Below are positions 49,919 through 59,778 of a stretch of 64,000 nucleotides of DNA, piece by piece. The translations under genes were made by a program, and so were the position numbers. Each line of letters starts with the position of its first letter. Position 1 is the stretch's first letter. This stretch comes from an uncultured delta proteobacterium (GTDB lineage: Bacteria; Myxococcota; Kuafuiibacteriia; Kuafuiibacteriales; Kuafuiibacteriaceae). A model generated the notes under the pieces. It saw only the letters and a list, made by a program, of their open reading frames with translations, had not been told where the DNA came from and searched no databases. Location of the stretch: positions 960,001 through 1,024,000 of the forward strand of contig CAWDML010000001.1 of assembly GCA_963803435.1 (NCBI GenBank), in the 5' to 3' direction.

Positions 49919-51580
49919 ATGGGCGTCCGCGATCTCGAGATCCAGCTCCAGCGTCTGCTTCGCTTGCATCGCGTCGGGCTGGCGCTGGGCTCGGAGAAGA
50001 ACCGCGATCGGCTGGTGGAGCGCATCCTGATCGAGGCCAAGGAGCTCTGTCGGGCCGACGGTGGGACGCTCTACCTTCGGACCGACGACGACGAGCTGCG
50101 CTTCGCCATCATGCTGAACGACTCCCTCCACATCCACCTGGGCGGGACCACGGGCAAGGCCGTCGAGCTCCCGCCGGTGCCCATGTTCGATCCGAAGACT
50201 CAGGTGCCCAACCACAAGAACGTCGCCAGCCACTGCGCGCTCCTCAAGGACTCGGTCAACATCGAGGACGCCTACCACGCCGAAGGCTTCGACTTCTCCG
50301 GGACGAAGCAGTTCGACCTGAACGCGGGCTATCGCTCGCAGTCCTTCCTCACCATCCCCATGCGGAACCAGGAGGACCGCGTCATCGGCGTCCTCCAGCT
50401 CATCAACGCCAGGAGCGAGGCCGGCGAGGTGGTGCCGTTCGCCGACGATCTCCAGCAGCTCGCCGAAGCGCTCGCCTCTCAGGCCGCGGTCGCGCTGGAG
50501 AATCAGATGCTGCTGTCGGGACAGCGGGCGCTGATGGAGGCGTTCATGAAGTTGATCGCCGCCGCGATCGACGACAAGTCGCCCTATACCGGCGGCCACT
50601 GCCGGCGCGTTCCCGTCCTGAGCGAGATGATCACGCGCGCCGTGTGCAACGCCGAGGACGGCGTGTTCGCCGGCTTCGATCTGACCGAGGACGAGTGGTA
50701 CGAGCTCCACATCGCCGGGTGGCTCCACGACTGCGGCAAGGTCACGACGCCGGTTCACGTGATGGACAAGGCCACCAAGCTGGAGACGATCTTCGATCGC
50801 ATCGAGGTGATACGGGCGCGCTTCGCCGGACTGATGCAGGCGGCTCGGAACGAGGCGGAGGTGACGGCGCTGCGGGACGAGCTGGCCTTCCTCGAGGTCG
50901 CGAACGTGGGCGGTGAGTTCATGTCGGACGACAAGAAGGCGCGGGTTCGCGAGATCGCCCGCCGGACCTGGACGGATCACCAGGGCCGTCCGCAACCGCT
51001 CCTGACGCCGGACGAGGTCCACAACCTCACCATCTCGCGCGGAACGCTCACGGAGGAGGAGCGGCTGATCATCAACGGCCACATGGTGCAGACAGTCCGC
51101 ATGCTGGAGGCCCTGCCCTTCCCGCGGAGCCTGAAGCGCGTACCCGAGTACGCGGGCGGCCATCACGAGAGGATGGACGGCACCGGCTACCCGAAGGGCC
51201 TCTTCGCCGGCGACATGTCCATCCCGGCCCGCATCATGGCGATCGCCGACGTCTTCGAGGCGCTCACCGCCCAGGATCGGCCCTACAAGAAGGGGAAGTC
51301 GTTGTCGGAGTCGATGAAGATCATGGGGTTCATGAAACGGGACAACCACCTCGACCCCGACCTCTTCGACGTCTTCGTGGCGAGCGGCGTCTATCGGCGC
51401 TACGCGGAGCAGTTTCTCCCACCGGAACAGATCGACGATGTAGACGAAGCTGCGCTCCTCGCCATCCAACCGCGCCCCTTCGAGCTTCCCGATGAGGCGG
51501 AACGGGCGCGACGTTGGGAAGGTTTCCTCCCCGAGTACGAGCGCACGATCCGCGAAAACGACCCCCTCACCTCGGTGTGA
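49919..51580 (+). CDS. GAF plus HD-GYP cyclic dinucleotide phosphodiesterase
   Basis: GAF (IGVLQLIN), HDCGK, HHERMDGTGYPKGL, IADVFEALTAQDRPYK. Confidence 0.93.
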   Translation: MGVRDLEIQLQRLLRLHRVGLALGSEKNRDRLVERILIEAKELCRADGGTLYLRTDDDELRFAIMLNDSLHIHLGGTTGKAVELPPVPMFDPKTQVPNHKNVASHCALLKDSVNIEDAYHAEGFDFSGTKQFDLNAGYRSQSFLTIPMRNQEDRVIGVLQLINARSEAGEVVPFADDLQQLAEALASQAAVALENQMLLSGQRALMEAFMKLIAAAIDDKSPYTGGHCRRVPVLSEMITRAVCNAEDGVFAGFDLTEDEWYELHIAGWLHDCGKVTTPVHVMDKATKLETIFDRIEVIRARFAGLMQAARNEAEVTALRDELAFLEVANVGGEFMSDDKKARVREIARRTWTDHQGRPQPLLTPDEVHNLTISRGTLTEEERLIINGHMVQTVRMLEALPFPRSLKRVPEYAGGHHERMDGTGYPKGLFAGDMSIPARIMAIADVFEALTAQDRPYKKGKSLSESMKIMGFMKRDNHLDPDLFDVFVASGVYRRYAEQFLPPEQIDDVDEAALLAIQPRPFELPDEAERARRWEGFLPEYERTIRENDPLTSV

Positions 51581-51598
51581 TCCGCGGCGACTGATAGT

Positions 51599-51874
51599 AT
51601 GGCCGGAGTGTCGTCGGCCCATCGGATTCTCGGCGTGGGGCTGGACGCGGATCGAGCCACGATCCGCGCGGCGTTCCGGGCCCTGATCCGAGACGCCCAT
51701 CCCGATCGTCTCGGCGGCACTCCGGAGGCTCACGAGCGCTTCCTCGCGGTCAAGGCGGCCTACGAGGCGCTGAGCGATCCGGCGCGCCGGACCGAGCACG
51801 AACAGGACGAAGCCGAGCGGCGACAAGCTCAGCTCCGCAGGCGTCGCCGTCGGCTCAGGAGGTTGTACGAGTGA
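51599..51874 (+). CDS. DnaJ (J-domain) protein
   Basis: ILGV..IRAAFR..HPD..AYEALSDP. Confidence 0.88.
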   Translation: MAGVSSAHRILGVGLDADRATIRAAFRALIRDAHPDRLGGTPEAHERFLAVKAAYEALSDPARRTEHEQDEAERRQAQLRRRRRRLRRLYE

Positions 51875-53886
51875 TGCGTCCGCACCTCATTCTGCTCCTG
51901 CTCTTGCCCGTCACCGCATGCAATTGCGGCGAGACGCCCGCCGGCCCCGGCCCGGGCACAGACGCCGGCGATTCCGGCGATCCCGGCGACAAGGACGGCG
52001 GTGTGAAGCCCCCGCCCGGCACGATCTCGATCGAGATCGATCCGGCCGACGTCGACCTCACCATCGACGGCGTCACCCCGGCCACCCGGACGTTCCGCGT
52101 CGACGCCATCGCCGAGGACGGGACGAGGAGCGACGTCACGGCGCAGGCCATCCTGCAGCTCGCCGACGACGTCCTCGGCACGCTCACCGGCAGCACCTTC
52201 ACCACCCGCTTGATCGGCGGCCGTACCAGCGTGACCGCGTACCTCGGTCAGTACTCCGCCACCGCACAGATCAAAGTGACGCTGGAGCGCGTGGTGGTGG
52301 TGCCGATCGGCGATCCGCTCCCGACGGATCCCGGCGCCGTCGTGGGCGGAGCGCCCGTCGATCCCAGCCGGGCTCCCTCGCTGGTCTACCCGAACGACGG
52401 CGTGATGCTGCCGGTGAACCTGGGCTCGATCGAGGTCCACTATCGGCCGGGCACCGATAACACGCTGTTCGAGATCGGCTTCATCAGCCCGAACGGCGAG
52501 GTCCTGATCTACACCCGCTGCGATCCGCTCGGAGGCGGCTGTCTCTACGCGCCCGCGCCCGACGTCTGGCAGTCGATCGCCGACACCAACAGCGGAGGCG
52601 ATCCGATCGAGATCCGGATCCGCGGAACCGACGACACCGGCACGGGCGCGGGGACCTCCAACTCGATCCACGCGCGCATCTCGGCCGTGCGCGTCGACGG
52701 CGGGCTCTACTACTGGACGACCGACGGCGGGCGCATCATGCGGCTCGACTTCGGGGCCGCCCAGCAGCCGGTGCAGTTCTATCCCTTCGACAACTCGACC
52801 ACCTGCTACGGCTGTCACTCCATCTCGAAGAACGGCCGGCGGATGACCCTCTCGCGGAACGGCCAGCGCGACGGCCGCCTCACGATCATCGAGATCGGCC
52901 AGCAACAGATCCTGCTCCAGGACCAGGACGACAAGCGCGAGCAGTTCCAGAGCTGGGATCCCACCTCCGCGATGTTCGCCGGCGTGTGGTCGGACGGCGC
53001 CGACCCCGATCCGAACATCCGGATCCGGGATGGAGAGACCGGCGACGTCATCGAGACCATCGACACCGGCGGAGAGCCCGATCACCCGGACTGGTCGCCG
53101 CGCGGCGATCGGATCCTGTTCACCATGGTGACCCGCCATCAGACCTCGCAGCGCCCGGGCCGCGGCGGCATCTCGTACATCGAGAAGATGAACGGCGGCG
53201 GCTGGAAGGCGCCGGTGGAGCTGATCGCGCCGGAGGACGGCTTCAACCGCTACTACCCCGCCTACGCGCCGGACGCGGCCTTCTTCATCTACTGCCAGTC
53301 GACGTGCCCGGCGGGACAGATCTACGCCGGCTCCTGCGACGCCGACGCCGACCCCACGGCGACGCTGCTCGCGATGGCCTCCGACGGCGGGGCGACGATC
53401 CCGCTCGGAAGGGTGAGCGGTCCGGGGATCGAGGACGGCACCACGGTCGATCTCAGCAACACGTTCCCCAAGTGGGCACCCTTCGTCGATCCGCAGCGGC
53501 GGGACGGGAGCGGCCGCCTGATGTGGTTCACGTTCTCCTCTCGGCGCGCCTACGGCCTGCGCAGGCCGAACGGGACCAACCAGTGGATCTGGATGGCCGC
53601 GATCGATCCCGACGTGGTCGAGCGGGGCGAGGACGGCAGCTTTGCGGCGTTCGCCCTGCCCTTCCAGGACCTCGGGACCTCGAATCACATCGCGCAGTGG
53701 ACCGCCGCCATCGTCCCCACCAACCCGAACGGCAACGACGGTGGCATCGACCCGCCGACCGGCTCCGACGGCGGCGCCTGCGTCGCCCTCGGGGACGTCT
53801 GCGATCCGGGCACCGACAACTGCTGCTCGGCCTCCACCTGCACGATGAACGGCCCGGGCATCTTCCTCTGCCGCCCGAACATCTAG
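51874..53886 (+). CDS. TolB-like beta-propeller lipoprotein with Cys-rich C-terminus
   Basis: VTAC lipobox, YPNDG, GLYYW, CYGCH, HPDWSPRG, NTFPKWAP, FSSRRAYG. Confidence 0.8.
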   Translation: MRPHLILLLLLPVTACNCGETPAGPGPGTDAGDSGDPGDKDGGVKPPPGTISIEIDPADVDLTIDGVTPATRTFRVDAIAEDGTRSDVTAQAILQLADDVLGTLTGSTFTTRLIGGRTSVTAYLGQYSATAQIKVTLERVVVVPIGDPLPTDPGAVVGGAPVDPSRAPSLVYPNDGVMLPVNLGSIEVHYRPGTDNTLFEIGFISPNGEVLIYTRCDPLGGGCLYAPAPDVWQSIADTNSGGDPIEIRIRGTDDTGTGAGTSNSIHARISAVRVDGGLYYWTTDGGRIMRLDFGAAQQPVQFYPFDNSTTCYGCHSISKNGRRMTLSRNGQRDGRLTIIEIGQQQILLQDQDDKREQFQSWDPTSAMFAGVWSDGADPDPNIRIRDGETGDVIETIDTGGEPDHPDWSPRGDRILFTMVTRHQTSQRPGRGGISYIEKMNGGGWKAPVELIAPEDGFNRYYPAYAPDAAFFIYCQSTCPAGQIYAGSCDADADPTATLLAMASDGGATIPLGRVSGPGIEDGTTVDLSNTFPKWAPFVDPQRRDGSGRLMWFTFSSRRAYGLRRPNGTNQWIWMAAIDPDVVERGEDGSFAAFALPFQDLGTSNHIAQWTAAIVPTNPNGNDGGIDPPTGSDGGACVALGDVCDPGTDNCCSASTCTMNGPGIFLCRPNI

Positions 53887-54221
53887 GGCTGCCGCGCCGC
53901 GTAGACGTACGCCCGCAGCGCGCGCATGCGACCATCCGCCCACTCGATCACGTCCGCGCCCTTGAGCACGGTCCCCTCGATCTCGAAGACGAACTCGACG
54001 ATCGAGGTGTGGCCGGCGACGTACACGTTGCCGACCTCGAACACGAACTTCTTCGGATGGGTGTCGAAGATCTTCTTGACCTCGGCGAGCGCGGCGGCCT
54101 TGCCCGCGACGCGGACGCCGGGGTCCTCGAGGGTGAAGTCGTCCGCGAGCAGATCGGCGATCTTGGCCAGATCCTTGCTGGCGAAAGCGGCGGCGTAGGT
54201 TCGTGTCAGCTGATCGATCAT
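53883..54221 (-). CDS. SnoaL/NTF2-like protein, in frame with the upstream MepA-LysM ORF
   Basis: YAAAFASKDLAKIADLLADDF..GADVIEWADGRMRALRAY. Confidence 0.8.
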   Translation of the reverse strand: MIDQLTRTYAAAFASKDLAKIADLLADDFTLEDPGVRVAGKAAALAEVKKIFDTHPKKFVFEVGNVYVAGHTSIVEFVFEIEGTVLKGADVIEWADGRMRALRAYVYAARQP

Positions 54222-55424
54222 CGGGGGCGAGGCTACCCGAAGCGGCACCTCCGGAGGGAGGTGCCGGGGCGGAACCTCGAACGGCGGCGGTATCGGGCAC
54301 CGCGTGCAGGGGCCGCGCATCGGCACGCGAAGGACCTGGCCGACACGAAGGAATGTGCTGCGCATCCGGTTGGCCTTCTGGATCGCCTTGACGCTGCTCC
54401 GGTGCCGGAGCGCGATCTTCCCCAGGTTGTCGCCGTTCTTGACCCGCACCATCGCGAGGTTCTGGTCCGGACGCTGCGCGAGCAAAGGAGCGACCCGGCG
54501 TCCCAGCTCCTGCGCGCGCGGGTTGAAGAAGCGGACGTGAAAGTGATCCCGGTGCCGTCGCGCGTGTTTGACGATCGAGTGGTCGCCCGCCTTGAACAGC
54601 GAGTCGAGCCAGGCGCGGTCCTCTCCGATCGACAGCGCGTAGGCGTACAGCACGTCCTGTACCTTGCGGTCGACGAGGATGACCTGGACATCGCCGAGCA
54701 TCACCAGCGACTTGACCAGCTCCCAGTTCGCCGCGGTATCCATGAGCTTCTCGCACGCGATGCAGTGCGGCGCCTCGGGCGTCGCGTAGTAGAAGCCCAG
54801 ATCGACGTCGCGACCATTCTGATGGCTCCGGTGAGGGCGGAACCAGCCGCCCTCCTTGAGGCTGATCCCGTTCACGCGAAGCGGCGGCACGTCCGGATGC
54901 AGTGACTTCACGCGCTTGGCGGCGGCCGTGACGTATTCGATCGTCTCCGAGGTCGTCCAGGCGCCGGAAGGGATCACGAGCGTCCAGCACTCATCGTCGC
55001 TGGGCGGGAACTGAACAGCGTTGATCAGCCGCCCCTCGTCGCTGAACCCGATCGAGATCGATCCGAGCGACTCCGGGTGGCTCATCCAGCGGGCGGCCAG
55101 CTCGTCGTCAGAGAGGTCGGTCGTGTAGCGTAGCCCGGGGTCCACGCCCGTCCCCTCCTTATCCTCTGGGATCTCGCCCGAGTCGTCCGGATCGACTTCC
55201 GAGGCGAGCTCTGCCTGGCCCGCCTCCACGACATCGGCGATGGAGATCGTGGCGGTCGCCGCGACGGTTCCGGTCTCAACCTCGGCGGCGGGCGCAACGA
55301 GGGCGGGTCGATTCGCCGACGGCGGTGGCGGCGGTGGCGGTCGCGGCGAGCGGAACAGCGCACAAGCGGAGACCAGCGAGAGCGCGAGGATACCGGCGCT
55401 CGAGGAGGAGGAGAGGCGGCTCAA
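54222..55424 (-). CDS. Penicillin-insensitive murein endopeptidase (MepA-like) plus LysM lipoprotein
   Basis: VSAC lipobox, GRLINAVQF, GGWFRPHRSHQNGRDVD, HRDHFHVR, LysM VKNGDNLGKIA..LRVGQVLRVP; no stop before the SnoaL domain. Confidence 0.85.
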
Positions 55425-55523
55425 CCTCGGGAAGACTACTCGAACTCGGACCCCCGATGAACCTGGAGTCCGCCTCTTCCGGCATTTGATTCGAGGTCGA
55501 ATGCAAGCAATCCTGCGGGTTCG

Positions 55524-56906
55524 ATGCGTCTGTACAACACCCTGACCGGGTGCATCGAGCCGCTCACCACGGTGCGGCCGGGTGAGGTCCGGATGTACGC
55601 GTGCGGGCTGACCGTCTCGGACGACGCCCACCTCGGTCACGGTCGCTCCGGCGCCATCTTCGACCTGCTCCGCCGTGTCCTCCGCACCCGTGGGATGCGG
55701 ATTGTCGATGTCCGAAATGTCACGGACGTCGACGACAAGATCATCGCCCGGGCCCGGGCGCTCGGCCAAGACCCGGTGGAGCTCGCCAAGCGCTACGTCG
55801 CCCGCCACGACGAGGACATGGAGCGGCTCCGAGTCCCGAGGGCCGACGTCGAGCCGCGCGCCTCTGACCACATCCATGAGGTGATCGACTTCATCGCCGC
55901 GCTGGTGGCGCGCGAGGCCGCGTACGAGAAGGAGGGCGTGGTGTACTTCCGCCTGGCAGCCTATCCCGCGTTCGGAGAGCTGGCACGCGCCCGCGGGGTT
56001 CCGGTGGAGGAGGAGGACTTCGTGCTCTGGAAGCCGTCCGAGGACGATGATCCCGGGTGGAGCTCGCCCTGGGGACGCGGGCGTCCCGGGTGGCACATCG
56101 AGTGTTCGGCGATGTCGGCCGCGCTCCTCGGTGAGACCTTCGACATTCACGGTGGGGGCGCCGATCTCCTTCATCCCCACCATGACGCCGAGATCGCGCA
56201 GTGCCACGCGCGCTGCGGCAAGGCGCCCGCGCGCATGTTCGTCCACAACGGCCTGGTGCTCCTCGCTGACGAGAAGATGTCGAAGTCGATCGGAAACTTC
56301 TTCACGCTCCGGGAGATCTTCGCGCGCTACGATCCGGCGGCGGTCCGCTACTACCTGTTTCGCACCCACTATCGCGAGCCGGTCACGTTCAGCACCGAAG
56401 CCCTCGACGACGCCGAGCAGGCGATCGCCCGCATCGAAGCCTTCATGGCTGCGGCCGCCCGCGTGGTGGGCCCGGGCGAGCACGCGACCGGCTCGGAGGA
56501 GGAGAAGCGGCTGCTCGAGCGGGCCCGCACCGCTCGTGCCGACGTGATCGCGGCGCTCGAGGACGACCTCGACACGCCCCGGGCGCTCGGGGTCGTCGAT
56601 GACCTGGTGGCCCGCGGCCAGGATTACCTCCGCACCCGCACCGCCGAGCCGCACGTCCTGGGACAGATCGAAGAGGTCCTCGACTCCATCGACGAGCTCT
56701 TCGATCTCCGCCCCGAGCGAGCTCGGACGGAGTCACGTACCGCCGAGTTGATCGAGGCCGTCCTCAGGGTGAGAAAGCGTCTCCGCCAGCGCGGGATCGA
56801 AGATCTGAGCGCGGCACGTACCGCCTCCGAGCTCACCGAGATGCTGAGGAAGCTCGGGATCGAGCTCGTCGATACGCGGTGGGGAACCCGCTGGAGGTGG
56901 GAATGA
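55524..56906 (+). CDS. cysS: Cysteinyl-tRNA synthetase, divergent
   Basis: YACG..HLGH, NVTDVDDKII, GRPGWHIECSAM, DIHGGG, KMSKSIGN. Confidence 0.9.
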   Translation: MRLYNTLTGCIEPLTTVRPGEVRMYACGLTVSDDAHLGHGRSGAIFDLLRRVLRTRGMRIVDVRNVTDVDDKIIARARALGQDPVELAKRYVARHDEDMERLRVPRADVEPRASDHIHEVIDFIAALVAREAAYEKEGVVYFRLAAYPAFGELARARGVPVEEEDFVLWKPSEDDDPGWSSPWGRGRPGWHIECSAMSAALLGETFDIHGGGADLLHPHHDAEIAQCHARCGKAPARMFVHNGLVLLADEKMSKSIGNFFTLREIFARYDPAAVRYYLFRTHYREPVTFSTEALDDAEQAIARIEAFMAAAARVVGPGEHATGSEEEKRLLERARTARADVIAALEDDLDTPRALGVVDDLVARGQDYLRTRTAEPHVLGQIEEVLDSIDELFDLRPERARTESRTAELIEAVLRVRKRLRQRGIEDLSAARTASELTEMLRKLGIELVDTRWGTRWRWE

Positions 56907-58666
56907 GCAACGCCATGATCATGGTGGTGCTCGGGATCTGCGCGCTGTTTCTGTTCCTCTCCGAGCGCATCCCCAGTGAGGTGGTCGCCGTCGCCCTCCT
57001 GGTGTCGCTGCCGCTGACGGGCGTGCTGACCGCGAGTGAGGCGCTCTCCGGCTTCTCGCATCCCGCAGTGCTCCAGACCGGCGCGTTCCTGGTGCTGTCG
57101 GTCGCCCTGGCACGCACCGGCTTCCTCTCGATCCTCGCCTCCACCGTGTTTCGCGCCAAGAGCACGTTCGGACTGATGGCCTCGATCGTGGTGCTGTGCG
57201 CGTTCGTGTCGCCGTGGATCGCCAACACGGCCTTGGTCGCGCTGCTGGTCCCGATCATCACGGAGATCGCGAACGAGCGCGACATGCCGCTCTCGAAGCT
57301 CCTCCTCCCGCTCTCCTACGCCGCCATCATGGGCGGCGTCGTCACCACGATCGGAACCTCGTCCCACATCTTCGGCGCGACGCTCTACAACACGCTCACC
57401 GGCGAAGCGATGGGGTTGTTCGCTCCTGCCGGCTTCGGGCTGCTGTTCATGGCCACCGCTGGGCTCTACATGATGGCCGCGTCTCGCTGGCTCCTCCCGG
57501 TCCGGAAGAACGTCGAGGTCCGCAAGTTCGATCTGAGAGAGTACCTCCTCCAGGCCCGCATCCTCCCGGAGAGCCCGCTGATCGGGCGCGAGGCCACCGG
57601 CGACTACCTGCGCAAGACCCACGACATCTCGATCGTCGGGCTGCTTCGCGGCCGCCGGCGCTACTTCCGCATTCCTCGAGGCACCAAGCTGGCCGCTGGC
57701 GACGTGGTCCTCGTTCGCGGCAATCCCGACGAGCTGGGGCCCATCGCCGAGATCATCGGCCTCGAGATCCTGGCCGACCTCACGCTCCAGAAGAGCGCCT
57801 ACGCCGACGGCGAGCTCGAGTACGTGGAGGTGATCGTCGGTCCCAACGCGAAGGACGTGAACCGCCCGCTCTCGCAGGTGCAGCTCCTCGACGATTGCGG
57901 CGCCAAGGTTCTGGCTGTCCGCCGCCGCGGGCGAACGCGGCGCCGGCGCGTCGAGGACATTCTGGTGGCGTTCGGCGACGTCCTCATCCTCCAGGGTCCA
58001 CGCGGCCTCAAGGAGGTGTTCACGCGGTCGCCCGAGTTCCTGTTCCAGCGCGAGATCGAGCTCCCCGTGGAGCGACGCAAGCGCATGCCGATCGCCCTCG
58101 GCACGCTGTTCCTGGTATTGCTGATCGGCGGCTCCGACCTCGTGCCGATGCCGATCTGCGCGATGGCCGGCGCGGTGCTGGTCGTGATCACGGGTTGCCT
58201 CACGCCCAAGGAGATGCACCGCGCGCTCCCCTGGAGCATCCTGATCCTGATCGGCTCGCTGGTTCCCTGGTCGGTGGCGTTCGAGCGCTCCGGGCTCGCC
58301 GCCGACATGGCCCACGTGGTGGCGGCCGTCGGCGGTCGCTTCGGCCCTCGCGGAGCCCTGTTCATCGTGGCGATGATCTCGGTGGCCCTGGCCCAGCTCA
58401 TCCAGCCGAACGGCGTGATCGCGGTGATGCTCCCCCTCGCGGTCGCCACCGCCCGTGCGCTCGAGCTGCGCCCGCTTCCCTTCGCCCTGGCCGTGCTCTT
58501 CGGCGGCGCCTACTCCTTTGCGACCCCGTTCGCCTACAACACGAACATGATCGTCACACCGCTGGCCGGCTACCGGACGTCCGACTTCCTCCGCCTCGGC
58601 TTACCGCTCGCGGCGCTCGCGGTGGTGATGATGACGGCCCTGCTGCCGATCCTGTACCCGTTCTAG
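56903..58666 (+). CDS. SLC13/DASS permease with two TrkA-C domains
   Basis: Many TM helices, KLLLPLSYAAIMGG..IGTS, ESPLIG, FATPFAYNTNMIV..GY..DF. Confidence 0.92.
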   Translation: MSNAMIMVVLGICALFLFLSERIPSEVVAVALLVSLPLTGVLTASEALSGFSHPAVLQTGAFLVLSVALARTGFLSILASTVFRAKSTFGLMASIVVLCAFVSPWIANTALVALLVPIITEIANERDMPLSKLLLPLSYAAIMGGVVTTIGTSSHIFGATLYNTLTGEAMGLFAPAGFGLLFMATAGLYMMAASRWLLPVRKNVEVRKFDLREYLLQARILPESPLIGREATGDYLRKTHDISIVGLLRGRRRYFRIPRGTKLAAGDVVLVRGNPDELGPIAEIIGLEILADLTLQKSAYADGELEYVEVIVGPNAKDVNRPLSQVQLLDDCGAKVLAVRRRGRTRRRRVEDILVAFGDVLILQGPRGLKEVFTRSPEFLFQREIELPVERRKRMPIALGTLFLVLLIGGSDLVPMPICAMAGAVLVVITGCLTPKEMHRALPWSILILIGSLVPWSVAFERSGLAADMAHVVAAVGGRFGPRGALFIVAMISVALAQLIQPNGVIAVMLPLAVATARALELRPLPFALAVLFGGAYSFATPFAYNTNMIVTPLAGYRTSDFLRLGLPLAALAVVMMTALLPILYPF

Positions 58667-58679
58667 GGCAGCCTGGCGC

Positions 58680-59774
58680 TCACAGTCGCTCGAGCAGCCG
58701 CACCCACCGCAGGTGCTCGGTCAAGCGCGCAAACGCCGGCTCGGCCTCGATCCGCTCGCGGTGTGCGTAGCCGAGACCGATGGCCCGCTCCAGGACGCCC
58801 AGCGCCGACTCCCCCCGCAGCTCGCCCGCCTCGTACACCGCCAGCCGAAACGCCATCTCCGACCAGCGCTCCTGATCGATCTGCGCCCGCGTGATCCGCT
58901 CCGCGTCGAGGGCATCGAACGCGCGCTCTGCGAGCTGGGCGCCGGCGGGCTTCCGATCGATCAGCAGCCAGGTGGCCGCCTGGATCACGGCGCTCTCGTA
59001 CGGCGGCAGCTTCCCGCACAGCTCCTCCACAGCTACGGGATCCTGGAGCTCGAGCGCGGCGGTCACGCCCAGCGAGATCAGCGGCACCCGATCCCGCCGA
59101 TCCAGGTAGTCGGGCAGGGCCCGGATCCGCCGCACCACCTCCGCGTAGTCGCCCTTCTCCCAGGCCGCCCAGGCGTCCAGATGGCGTACGTAGCCGGCCT
59201 CGCCGCGACCCAGGATGAGCGCGGTGCCGGTGAGCCAGATCGCCGGCCCGAGAAAGCCGCGATCGAGGGCGACGATCCCCGCCGCCCACGCGAAGCCAGA
59301 GAGCCAGGAGAGCCGCCAGATCCAGGTGGCGCTCTTGACGCGGTCCTCCAACACGACCCGGATGAGCTGACCGCCGTCGACCGGCGGAAACGGGGCGAGC
59401 TGATATGCGGTCCACACCACCGCGGCGAAGAACAGATCGTACCCCCAGCTCCCCATGCCCCGGACCGAGGTCAGGCGGGCACCCGCGACCACCAGCAGCC
59501 CGCTCGAGATCGGCCCCGCGAGCAGCACCAGCGCGCGCCGCCCGCGGGAGGCGATCGTTCGGACATAGGCGCGGCCTCCCGCGAGCTGCAGGAGACATCG
59601 GAAGTCCCCGCCCCCGAGCCGGCGGGCCGCGACCGCATGACCGAGCTCGTGAGCTGCGATCACCAGCGCGAGGCAGGCTGCAAACTGCGGAGAGGACACG
59701 ACCGCCGCGCCCGCGATCACCAGCATGAAATCCAGGCGGATCAGGAACGGGCCGGCCGTCAGCTCCTGCTTCAT
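58680..59774 (-). CDS. M50 (site-2) protease with C-terminal TPR-like region
   Basis: HELGH, LAGP, LAPFPPVDGG. Confidence 0.85.
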   Translation of the reverse strand: MKQELTAGPFLIRLDFMLVIAGAAVVSSPQFAACLALVIAAHELGHAVAARRLGGGDFRCLLQLAGGRAYVRTIASRGRRALVLLAGPISSGLLVVAGARLTSVRGMGSWGYDLFFAAVVWTAYQLAPFPPVDGGQLIRVVLEDRVKSATWIWRLSWLSGFAWAAGIVALDRGFLGPAIWLTGTALILGRGEAGYVRHLDAWAAWEKGDYAEVVRRIRALPDYLDRRDRVPLISLGVTAALELQDPVAVEELCGKLPPYESAVIQAATWLLIDRKPAGAQLAERAFDALDAERITRAQIDQERWSEMAFRLAVYEAGELRGESALGVLERAIGLGYAHRERIEAEPAFARLTEHLRWVRLLERL

Positions 59775-59778
59775 GGCG

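Noticed and set aside
51829-54990. 1053-aa minus-strand ORF and similar long shadow ORFs (10062-12173, 30075-32345, 49778-51826, 60656-63109)
   Set aside because: They are antisense or off-frame shadows of well-supported genes, expected at 70% GC, with Arg/Pro/Gly-rich composition and no motifs.
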